Origin: the human T2T-CHM13v2.0 reference genome, Homo sapiens
Direction: 5' to 3' (one strand)
Length of the DNA: 64,000 nt
Assembly (NCBI RefSeq): GCF_009914755.1
Contig: NC_060947.1
Shown one piece after another: positions 12,982 through 24,936 of this stretch. The translations under genes and the position numbers were made by a program. Position 1 is the stretch's first letter; each line of letters begins with the position of its first letter. Below the pieces are notes generated by a model that worked only from the letters and a program-made list of their open reading frames with translations, was not told the origin of the DNA and made no database searches.

Positions 12982-13475
12982 TAATTATTAAGAAAATTTT
13001 TTCTTAGTGATACTTAGAAAGATTGTTCCATTGTCTTCTGACAGTAGATTTAGATGATTATGTTAGGTTTAAGTTAATTCTCATTCCTCATTTTCTGTAT
13101 CTCTAATATTTTCTTTCATAATTTTATTCACTTTGCCTTTTGGGGTGAATATTCTGGGAAATTTTCTGAACTTCACCTACCAACTTTTTTTTTAACTCGA
13201 TATTCCAGTAATTACATTTTTAATTCCAAAGAGATCTTTATTGATCTTGGATCATTTCTTTATCATTGCATTGTCTTCTTGTTTTATGTATACAGTATCA
13301 CCACAAAACTGTGCACTGTGCTTTTGAGTTTTCCTCTGCTCCTAAAATTATCTCTCTCTAGAAGCTAGTTCTGTAACTTAATCTTTTTCATTCATGATTA
13401 GATTTCCTTTCTAATGTCTGAAGATTCTTGGCTTTTATTTCAAATATAAGAATTAACATTTATAGGAAGGCTGAC

Positions 13476-14078
13476 TACAATGTTAATTTTATGTATCAAT
13501 CACCTGACTGGGTTATGAGGTGCATGGACATTTGGTCAAACATTCTGAGTGTGTCTGTGAGGGTGGTTGTGGATGAGATTAACATTTGAATTGGAGTGAG
13601 TAAAGCAGATTGCCCTCCCTAATGTGGGTGGACCCCACCTAATCAATTGAAAAACTGAATAGAGTGAAAAGGCTGAGCAAGAGAGAACACCTCCTGCTTG
13701 ACTGCTTGAGCTGTACATTGATTTTTTTTTTCCAGTCTTTAGAATCGGTCTGAAACAGTGCCTTGAGCCTGATGACTTTTGGACTAGAATTTACACTATT
13801 GACTCTCTTGATTCTGGCCTTCAGACTCACTGGAACTACACCATCAGCTCTTCTGGGTCTCCAGCTTGCCAACTCACCCTGCAGATCTTGGGACATAATC
13901 CATTGTCACTCCCTAATCAGAGCCTCACATAATCACTAGCCATCTATAATCCCTATAACTAATTCCTTATAATAAATCTCTTTATGCACACATGCACATA
14001 TATACACGTATACACATCCTATTCCCATATGTTCACATCTTATTGGTTCTGTTTCTCTGGAGAACCCTGACAAATATA
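13476..14078 (+). mobile_element. MLT2 (ERVL) solo LTR
   Basis: TSD CTGAC (13471-13475 / 14079-14083). Contains gtaaagcagattgccctccctaatgtgggtgg and the terminal ggttctgtttctctggagaaccctgac. Confidence 0.88.
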
Positions 14079-14098
14079 CTGACCAAGAATATTTTGCA

Positions 14099-14397
14099 GG
14101 CTGGGTGTGGTGGCTCACATCTGTAATCCCAGCACTTTGGGAGGCTGAAGGATTGCTTGAAGCCAGGGGTTCGAGACCAGCCTGGGCAACAAAGCAAGAC
14201 TCGATCTCTACAAAAAATGAAAATAAAAAATTATCTGGGTGCAGTGTCATGTGCCTGTAGTGTCAGCTACTCAGGAGGCTGAGGCGGGAGACTCACTTGA
14301 GCCCATGAGTGCAAAGCTGCAGTGAGCTACTGATGGCACCACTGCACTGCAGCCTGGGTGACAGGGTGAGACCCTGTCTCTAAAAATAATAATAAAA
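14099..14397 (+). mobile_element. AluJ
   Basis: Dimeric Alu with TSD aagaat(a/g)ttttgca. Confidence 0.93.
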
Positions 14398-15344
14398 AAG
14401 AATGTTTTGCAAATGGCTGAGGTTTGTTAGTCATGAAATTTACATTAAAGGGATCAGGTGGAATGCAGTCTGGTTCAGAATGAGGAGGCTGTCTTCCAGG
14501 GCACCCTAATCCATCGCTGATGCCCTAACTTATCCCCAATAATTTGATTTCTTTTATTTGGATAACCCTTTCTTTCAATATGATAAGAGACAAAAAATGT
14601 ACAATATATTGTATGCTGTTTTGCCTGCATATATGGGAGACAGACTGTGGAAGCCAATAATTCCATGTATAGATTTCATTTTATCATTACTTCTAACTCT
14701 TGTACCTTTTATGCCTGCAAGCTCCCATGTTGAATTCTTTCCCTGGTCTCTTCCAAACCAGTTACTCCTTTTGTCTTAGCCACTGCAACCGATTCCTGTG
14801 TATGCAGTCTAGGCTTTGATTTTCTCCTTTTTGCTTTATCTGTTATTATTTTTATATTCTCTTTCCATATTCTAGAAATTGTTGAAATCCCTTATCTGAT
14901 AATAACTTGCATTTCCATTTTTTCATTCTTATTGGTTCACCCTTTTTTCAGTAGTTTTGATATCATTTTAATAAGGTTTCTTGAGGGACAAGAAAAACCT
15001 GTATGTGGTCATTTACCATCATTAGCAAAAGGAGGGCTTTGAGAGTCCTTTGGTTGTAAAAGAAAAAGAATGTTGAAAGGAGGGAGTTCTTTTGATTATT
15101 CTTATTCTGCAGTAATGCTATCTTTTAGGTCAAAACTAGCATGTGTCATATATGATTCTTAATAGTTCTGTAGTAGGGTAAAACTAGGCCTTTAAGAACA
15201 TTAATAGGAGTGTGTGAGTCTGTGTATGTTTACCTATGAATGTGTGATTGTTTCCTTGTGTAATATTGGAGGCTTATCAAGAACCAGAGCTCTTACATGT
15301 GAAGTATTCATTTGCAGCAAAAGCTCTAAAAATATAAATGATAC

Positions 15345-15395
15345 AAAGACAGACAGGCAAACAGACAGGTAGATAGATAGATAGATAGACAGATA
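15345..15395. repeat. (AGAC)n/(AGAT)n tetranucleotide repeat
   Basis: Direct reading. Confidence 0.9.
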
Positions 15396-15396
15396 C

Positions 15397-15536
15397 TTCT
15401 TTTTTTCTTTTTTTTTTTTTTTTTGTTTGACATGAAGTTTCACTCTTGTCACCCAGGCCTAGTCGAGCAGAGGGCTTACAGGAGCCTAATTAAAGTTTGG
15501 TCAAAGGAGAGTCTTTGTGAGCCACCGTGCCTGGCC
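15397..15536 (-). mobile_element. Internally deleted, chimeric Alu with a ~60-bp LTR-derived patch
   Basis: Poly-T plus Alu 3' end to 15459 and Alu 5' tip gtgagccaccgtgcctggcc (15517-15536), with non-Alu sequence between them. Confidence 0.85.
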
Positions 15537-16234
15537 TAGATAGATAATTCTTGATATGAATCTAATCTTTGAGCTTGGGGTTAGAGTAGAGGTGGAGGTT
15601 AGTTTAAAGTAGGAAAGAAAAATAGTGGACTTTCTTGTATAACAACAGCATTATTCTAACTTTGGTTTACAGGTGTGGCAAAACTACAAAGGTCCAATTA
15701 CAAATGTCTATTTCATTATGTTGCTTATGAGGCATAAGGACAGATGTGAGGCAACTCACAGGAAGAAAAGGGGTATCCTTTCTGATCCTATGATTAAGTA
15801 GCTCTTCTTGGCAGATTCAGGTTTTATTAAAACACCTCTTCTCCATCTTTCCTGCTGGCTAGTGACACACATGGTTTTCTGGCCATCCTTCCCCTCTACT
15901 TGAGTGTACTGGCCTCCATGATCTCAGAATATCCTTCTGAAATTCCTCCTAAGCCAGTATAAAAGTATGTAAGTATGTGGTTCCTCCCTTTCTGGATGGT
16001 TATTTAATCCTAAATTTCTACCATTCCTATTCATCACAGTCCAGGTAATAAAATGCAATTTAAAATTGAATCCACATTTCTGAACAAAACGAGGCTTTGA
16101 TTTATGTATAAAACCACACTATCCTTCAAGACTTCTCTGACCCATTCTGGATAAGGAGAATGAATATCTTAATTTCAGTGGTCATTGTCTGAGAGGTCAA
16201 AGTTAGACTTCTCTCACATATTTCATAAATTGTT

Positions 16235-16615
16235 GGAATTTTAGAGCTGAAAGGGTTCTTACTCATTTCACAGATAAAGAAACTGAGGCCCAGAGAGATA
16301 CTAATTTTCCCAAGGTCAAGCATTTAATTTGTCAAAGACTTGGGTCTAGATCTCTTGTCCTCTATTATATTAAGTTCTTAATAATCAAGATAATACTAGC
16401 AGCCAAGTTTCTATAGCTACTAAGTGCCACATTTACAGTTACATTTATAGCAGTTCCAAGGTAGTTATAAAATTTATTATCTCCATTTCCCAGATAAGAA
16501 ATATGAAGCAAAGAGAGGTTAAGTAACCTGTCTTAGGTCACACGGTTACTTCCAGACCCATTTGAAAACCAAGCTATCTGGCTCCAGAATCTATATGTTG
16601 TGTCATGACACCATT
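16235..16615 (-). mobile_element. Two MIR remnants
   Basis: catttcacagataaagaaactgaggcccagagag and catttcccagataagaaatatgaagcaaagagaggttaagtaacctg. Confidence 0.75.
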
Positions 16616-16675
16616 CTGATTCTCTACATGGGAAGGCCTTCATTTCAGTGATTGTGTTTCTAAAATGAAAGTCTT

Positions 16676-16985
16676 GGCCGGGTGCAGTGGCTCATGCCCA
16701 TAATCCCAGTACTTTGGGAGGCTGAGACGGGCAAATCACTTGAGGTTATGAGTTTGAGACCAGCCTGGCCAACATGGTGAAACCCTGTCTCTATTAAAAA
16801 TACAAAAATTAGTCAGTCGTGGTGGTGAGTGTGTGTAATCCCAGCTACCTGGGAGGCTGAGGCAGGAGAATGGCTTGAACCCAGGAATCAGAGGTTGTAG
16901 TGAGCCTAGGTAGCGCCTCTGCACTCCAGTCTGAGCGACAGAGTGAGAGCGAGACTCTGTATCAAAAAAATAAAAAATTAAAAAA
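16676..16985 (+). mobile_element. AluS
   Basis: Full dimer with A-tail and approximate TSD ga(a/g)agtctt. Confidence 0.94.
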
Positions 16986-17569
16986 GAGAGTCTTATCACT
17001 GGTTCCCAGTGTGATAAATAGTATAAATAACACTGTAAGCACTGAAATACTTCACCTGAGACATTGTCAATAATAAATTGGGCAGGAAAACCAACAAAGT
17101 TGGATAAGAAAATGATAGAGGAGAGAAATCAGGAAGACTTACTGTTTTAGCCCAGATATAAGCTGCAAAGACACTGGTACACAGCTGGGACATTGCCATT
17201 GGAAAATGAAATAATCAAACATGGACAGAGTTACCTAGAGTTGCAAAGGTTTTTTGTATTCTCCTTTTCTCACTAGGCATTTTGCCAGTAGCCCTTAAAA
17301 AGCAGGTCATGTCTTCTGCTGCACTTTCAGACTCTACATACTAGTACAAACTGGAACAAAAAAACATTCATCACTGTAAAACCTTGCCTTTCAGGCTCAG
17401 ATGAAAAACTTGGCTCCAGCTCTCTTTGTAACCTTGTGTGCATTTAGAAACCTTGTGACTGTGAGCCCATGCAGTTCCACCTTCTAAGGGAAGTCAGCTC
17501 CCAGCATCTGAAATCTTTATAAACAATAGCTGTATCAGTTATCTATTACTGCAGAACCAATCACGCCAG

Positions 17570-18160
17570 TGTAAAAAGTAAAGTAGAAGTTCCTCTTCAA
17601 AGAGACTTTCCTTCCCATCTAATTAGGAATAAATAGTAATTTCTCTTAGAAGCAAAATTTATTCAAAGACCTGTGCTAACATTCTTAAATATCTGCTAGC
17701 CGTAATAAAGAAATCAATGTACTTCATGTTCTTTGCTCCCACGATTTAGCCTAAATATTTGCCCTGGCATGCTTATACTAGTCCAAGCAAGCATTAGGTC
17801 ATAGCCTGTTCCTCTTCCTTATGTGAAAGTGTTTTTACCTTTCTCAGCATTCCACAAGTTACTTCCTCCTTCCTTTGTTCTCCTCTGCCTTTGCCTCTTT
17901 TAAAAAGTTCTAAGTTGCTAGCCAATCGGGACAAATACAGAATGTGAGGTCCCGTTCCAGCCAATGGAAACCGGACACAGCAGTAAGGTGGACGCGTCAA
18001 GTTATAAATGACCCTGTCTCCTTTGTTCAGTGTACTCTCGTGGCAGAACTGCTGGTGAGTGTACCCTTTCTGCAGAAGGTAAAAATGGCCTTGTTGAAGA
18101 AATTAAATTTCTGTTCAAATGCTGTTTCTTTACAGCACTGAAGAACAAGCATTTCAAACA
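17570..18160 (+). mobile_element. LTR10C solo LTR (HERV-I family)
   Basis: Starts TGTAAAAAGTAAAGTAGAAGTTCCTCTTCAAAG, ends ...AAACA, TSD CCAG (17566-17569 / 18161-18164). Confidence 0.9.
17765..17794 (+). promoter_or_regulatory. Putative p53 response element (three adjacent half-sites) in LTR10C
   Basis: TGGCATGCTT ATACTAGTCC AAGCAAGCAT: each has one mismatch to RRRCWWGYYY, all cores are intact and there is no spacer. Confidence 0.6.
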
Positions 18161-18495
18161 CCAGTAGTCAAGGACATAAACAACAATTTATTATTTCTCA
18201 TGATTCCATGAGTTGGTTGAGTGATTTTTCTGTGAATTTTGCCTGGAATCACTCATACAGCTGTATTCAGCAGAAGAGGCCAGTGGAGTCTGAGTTCTGC
18301 CGGAATAGCTGAGAAGGCTGGACCTTTCCCTCCACATGGTTTTTAATTCTAGACTTTTTGCAGCATAGTTGTCTCAGGTTTCTAAGAAAGCAAGAGCAGA
18401 AGATGTAAGACCTCATTGGGCCTTAGTTCAGAGCTTGTACAGCATGACTTCTATCACATTCTACTGGACCAAGTGAATTATAAGGCCAGTTTTCA

Positions 18496-18859
<364 letters not shown>

Positions 18860-20799
18860 CTATTTTGTAGTAATCTATCACTCAGGCCTTTTAAAGCCAG
18901 GTCAGTAGCAGCAGCTACTTTTGCCTGGAGTAGCAGCAGCTCAAGCAAGAGAAGAAGTAAGAATTCATTACTGAGGTTCCCTTATAGAAAAAAAATCATA
19001 CCAAGGGAAATACAAGAAATATAGTTGTTTATTGAGTCTTTTCTTATTTTAAATGATTCTCATGGTATCTAAGTGGCTCTTATATTATTATGGCCATAAG
19101 AGGGTGGGAGCAGTATGGAGTTTACCCCAGGATGCAGTGGAATATTTCTGGCTTAAAGTTGGTTAAGGTTGAAAGAGGGAGGGAAGGAAATTGTACAGAA
19201 TGCAATGTTGTCACTGAGCTGTCATACTTGGAAATCAGGGTTAACAAAATAAATACTCACATAGAGAAAGGGAAGGGATTACTGCAAGAGTATTAACTAA
19301 AGCTTTCTTTCCCCCACCAGCATGCTCAGTAGCAAAGCTGGAAAAAAATTTCCAGTGATACATTAGTTCTTCCCCATCCTTTATTGGGATATGCTTACAA
19401 GGACATAGAATAGCAAGGAATTGTGCTTGTATGTGTGTGTGTTGGGGGGTGCAGTGCTGAGGCACAAGAGAACTTCTGAAACAGATGCTCCAAAAGGATA
19501 TATACATGTTTGGCATCATATAATCTTAAACTTTTACTCTGCAAAACCCTTAATATACTTCTTCTGATTGTGTAGAAAAAAAGCAAGAAGACAGGCATTT
19601 GGGTACTACAAATATATGCATTAGGACAAGGCTTCTTTCATTTATCCAGAGAAATCCTGATTATCCGCAAGGCAAGTGAGGTAGGTTTGATCAAAGACTG
19701 GTCACCCAGCCATTATTTCTTGTGGGTATCTACATCTGAGACAAGTGCCAAAGATTAGGGTCTCCCATAGGTCCCTGGAAAAATGCCTGGCAACCAACCA
19801 CTTGGAGTACTTCTACAATTGACCTCTGAATGGAAGTTTCATGAATGTTGGAGGGGGATGGGGAAAAATCCTTTTCTGGAAGAAAATATCAGCTGTATAT
19901 TTCATATCATTTGTATTGCCTATCAATCCACCTGAGATTAATCCCTAGACACAGAGGTGGCTGGGACCTGTCAAACGGCCCTTTAGGCCCATTGTTCATG
20001 GCTTGCTGCTTGAAGGAAGATATATCAACCATCCAGCTAATGCAGTTCATATATGCTGGTGTCTGCCCAGGTAAGAGGCCCTCAAAATTCAATAATGGGA
20101 AGAGAATCACACATGTTCTGCACTCATTCAATAATGCTTGGCAGAACAGTAATATTTGTTATTAAATACTATATAGTCAAGGGTAAAGAGAAAGGGGGAA
20201 AGAAGACACCTTAGAAGAAGTAGATTGAACTGTATCTTTTTAACCACTTAGATGCTACATGATTAAAATAATATTTTCATTTTTTTAATATAATTTTGGT
20301 AATTTACTACAGGGCTATAGTGATTAATTATGAACCTCCTCATGAAGATATCTTGTCTCCTCTTGGCACAATTTCCTTCATGCTTCTCGACTACTTTGTT
20401 CATGTTGCTGCTACAGGACTGGCTGCACTATTTCATAAAGATTATGAGCTAGTGGAGTTTAGGAAACATGTTCTATTGTTTGTACTTGGCTACTGCTTAG
20501 CATAGTGATTGGCACGTTTGTTTAAAAAATATATATTTGAATAGCTTAGATAATTATAGTTCAATTTGTGAAACTCCCATGTTATTATCTGAGATTCTTT
20601 AGTACATGACATTTGGTAAAAAGCAGAAGATACTGTATTATTTTAGAGTAATAAAAATAATAGTAATTTGATCAGCTGTAACTTATAAAGATTATAAAAT
20701 CACAGTTTTTCTTTAATGAGAGATTTTGTGAAAAGTAAAAGACAATAGTATGAGGCTAAATGGGAATATTTTTTAGGTCAATGCTTATTTACCTACCTA

Positions 20800-21151
<352 letters not shown>

Positions 21152-23275
21152 TCAATACTTGATTTATAGAAATATGACAAAGACCCAATTATGTATACAT
21201 TCTTACAATCAAAGGATAAGATAAACCAGAACATGGTGGGAGCCCAGTCAAGTAGCAGAAAAGTTTCTGTGAATGCTAGGCTGTTCAAAACCCATGCTTC
21301 GTTGTCCTGCTTATGATTCTCTCCCCGATGTTAGTGATGCTATAATGAAAACAGCTGCATGCAAATGAGCTGTAAAGTAACCAGGGACAGTGAAATCAGG
21401 GTTGAGCTTACTTCAATTTAGGGAAAGACTGAGGAAAAATTTGAGAGATGTTTGGGTTTTGTACAAAGGGTTCAATCACTAGAGGAACTGGGTTATAATG
21501 AAAGAGATTTTTCAAGTCTGTGTATTGGTGCCAAGTTGGAGTGGGGTTGGGGGTGTGTGATGCTAATAGATGAATGAGAAAGTAAAACCATTCAATTCTC
21601 ATTGTGTTGCTAACGTATCTCAAGGAGATTCTTCTTGAAGCAGAAAAAAATGTAGCAAATATATCATTTAGAGGAAAACTAAGTCTAACGTGATGAGACA
21701 GTAAATGTTTAGCTACTTTAATTAGCTGGCTACTCCACATTACAGATAATTTGCCTTGATAAAATCAGCACTAAACAATTATTTTTACTGAATAGAAGCA
21801 AATAGATAGATAAAACAATGAATAAAAAATAAATGTACAAATACATTTCATCTAGGGATATTAAAAGAAATTGTATGTAAGACTGCAGAAACACTGCTAG
21901 TAGCTGAGTCTTAGGTATCTTCAGAGGATTCAGTGGTTTCATTTAAGAGACCACATGCTCTGTCATTATGGTAAATAGAAAGGCCTTTGCATCTGATTTG
22001 AGAAGAATGTGGGGACAGGTGTCATAGTGCTCACTTCTCCTTGACTCATAGCAATGATAAAATTTGCCACTACACCAGAGAATCCAATATTTAAGGAAAC
22101 AGATGACACCAAAATCTTGCTATGGAAGTGTGCTTTTTGCTTTGAAACAGACATTGCTTTGTTTCTACTTTCTCTATAATTCCTAAATCTTGTGCTTTCA
22201 TTTCCCCTTAAAAATATTTCCGTAAGTCATTTTGTTCATAGGTTGTGTATTTCATGTAAAATTTTTAGGTTTTCAATTCATCAGTTTAACCCTTAATCAC
22301 TTTAACCTGTCTAATTTTAATAGTTTTTTGGAGATGTAATTCACATACAATAAAATTCACTCATTTATAGCGTACAATTCAGTGTTTTTAGTATATTCAT
22401 AGAGTTGTGAAACCATCACAGCTAATCAAATTTTAGAACATTTTAATCACCCCCAAAATAAACTTCCTAGTAATTAGCAGTCATTTCCAATCTCTGCCTC
22501 CCCGCGACCCCCAACAAACACACCACATAAATATTAGGTGATCACTAATCCCTCTATGGATTTGTCTATTCTGTACATTTTATATAAATAGAATAAATAG
22601 AATTACACAATCTACAGTATTTTTTGACTGGCTATTTCATTGAGTATAATGTTTTCAAGATTTGTTCATGCTGCAGCATGTATCAGTACTTTATTCTTCT
22701 TCATAGCCAAATAATCTGTTGTATTGATGTATCATATTTGTTCATGCATTTATCAGTTGATGGACATTTGCTTTCAATTTTTGGCTACTTTGAACAATGC
22801 TGCTATGCACATTTGTGAACAGTTTTTTATGGATATGTTTTCAATTCCCTTGGGTGAATACCTAGGAATGGAATTGATGGATCATATGGTTACTCTGTGT
22901 TTAAATTAACATTTTAAAGAATGTTAAACTTTTTCAAAACATCTATACCAGTTTACATTCCCACCAACAATGTATGAAGGTGCCAATTTATCGATATAAT
23001 TACCAATACATTGTATTCATTGTGCTTTTTATTTTAATTCTATTAGTGCATCAAATTGTATTTTATTGTGGTTTTGATTTGTATTTCCCTAATGACTAGT
23101 TATATTGAATATCTTTTTATGTGTCTATTTATTGTCCATTTGTATATATTATTTGGAGAAATGTTTATTTAAGTCCTTGGATCGTTTTTAAGTGGGTTAT
23201 TTACTTTTTATTATAAAGTTGTAGGGCTTCTTTATATATATCCTGAGTACGAGCCTCTTATCAGATTAGCAAATA

Positions 23276-24936
23276 CAGTCGTGTGCCACATAACAATATT
23301 TCAGTCAATAGCAGACCATGTATATGACAGTGGTCCCATAAGATTGTAAAGGAGCTTAAAAATTTCTATTGCTTAGTGATGTGATAGCCATCATAACATC
23401 ATAACCATCATAATATCTTAGCACAATGCATTACTTCACGTTTGTGATGATGCTGGTGTAAACAAACCTACTGCACTGCCAGTCATGTAAAAGTCTAGCA
23501 CATACAATTTTCTGCAGTACGTAATGCTGAATAATGGTAATAAACAACTATATTATTGATTTTTGTATTCACCATACTATACTTTTTATTGTTATTTTAG
23601 AGTATGCGCCTTCTACTTAAAAAGAAAATGTTAACTGTGTGTCTTAGTCCATTTGTGTTGCTATAAAGGAATACCTGAGGCTGGGTAATTTATAAAGAAA
23701 AGAGGTTTATTTACATCACAGTTTTTCAGGCTGTACAAGAAGCATGGCACCAGCATCTGCATCTGGTGAAGGCCTTAGATGGTTTCCACTCATGGCAGAA
23801 GGAGAAGGGGAACCTACATACAGAGATCATATGGTAAGAGGAAGCAAGAGAGGGGGAAGGTGTCATTCTCTTTCTGAACAATCAGCTCTCAGGGGAACTA
23901 ATAGAGTGAAAACTCACTCATTACTATGGGCACCAAACCATTCATGAGGGATCTGCCTCCATGACCTAAACACCTCCCACCAGGCTCCACCTCCAACACT
24001 GGGGATCACATTTCAACATGAGACTTGGTGGGGCCAAACAAACCATATTCAAATCACAGCACTGTAAAACAGGCTCAGGCAGCTCCTTCAGGAGTTATTC
24101 CAGAAGAAAATGTTGTTATCATAGGATATGAAAGTTACATGCATGTTATTGCCCCTGAAGACCTTCCAGTGGAACAAGATATGGAGGTGGAAGACAGTGA
24201 TATTGATGATCCTGGCCCTTTGTAGGCCTAGGCTAATGTGTGTGCTTGAGTCTTAGTTTTTAACAAAAAAAGTTTTAAAAGTAATAAATAAATAAATTTA
24301 AAAATTAGAAAAAAGCTTATAGAATAAGGATAAAAAGAAAACATATCTTTGTACAGATACACAATGTGTTTGTGTTTTAGGCTATGTGTTATTACAAAAG
24401 AGTCAAAACGTTAAAATTTAAAAGTTTATAAAGTAAAAAGTTACAGTAAGCTAAGGTTAATTTATTATTTAAGAAAGAATAATATGTTTTTATAAATTTA
24501 CTGTAGTCTAAGTGCACAGTGTTTATAAATTCTAGAGTAGTGTGCAGTAATGTCCTAGACCTTCACATTCACTCACCACTCACTGATTGACTCACGCAGA
24601 GCAACTTCCGGTCCTGTAAGCTGTATTCATAGTAAGTGCACTATACAGTTGTACCATTTTTTATCATTTATAGCATATTTACCATACCTTTTCTATGTTT
24701 AGATATGTTTACATACACAAATACTTTCCATTGGGTTACAGTTACCTACAATATTCAGTATATTCACATGGCGTACAAGTTTGTAGCCTAGAAGCAATAG
24801 GCTACAACATATAGTCCAGCTATGTAGTAGGCTATACCATCTAGGTTTGTATAAGTACGATCTGTGATGTTTACTCAATGACAAAATTCCCTAATGATGC
24901 TTTTCTCAGAATGTATCCCTATTGTTAAGTGATGCC
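23276..24936 (+). mobile_element. Tigger3b-like DNA transposon (TcMar-Tigger), interrupted by MSTB
   Basis: TA|CAGTCGTGTGCCACATAAC start and ...GTTAAGTGATGC end (3' TIR tip eroded), with typical Tigger3 body. Confidence 0.85.
23640..24061 (-). mobile_element. MSTB-like (MaLR) solo LTR
   Basis: tgtcttagtccatttgtgttgctataaaggaatacctgaggctgggtaatttat...; TSD ctgt(g/a). Confidence 0.88.

Noticed and set aside
24025-24225. Acidic 66-aa ORF (EQDMEVEDSDIDD)
   Set aside because: It spans the MSTB/Tigger3 junction and is Tigger-derived sequence, not a host gene.
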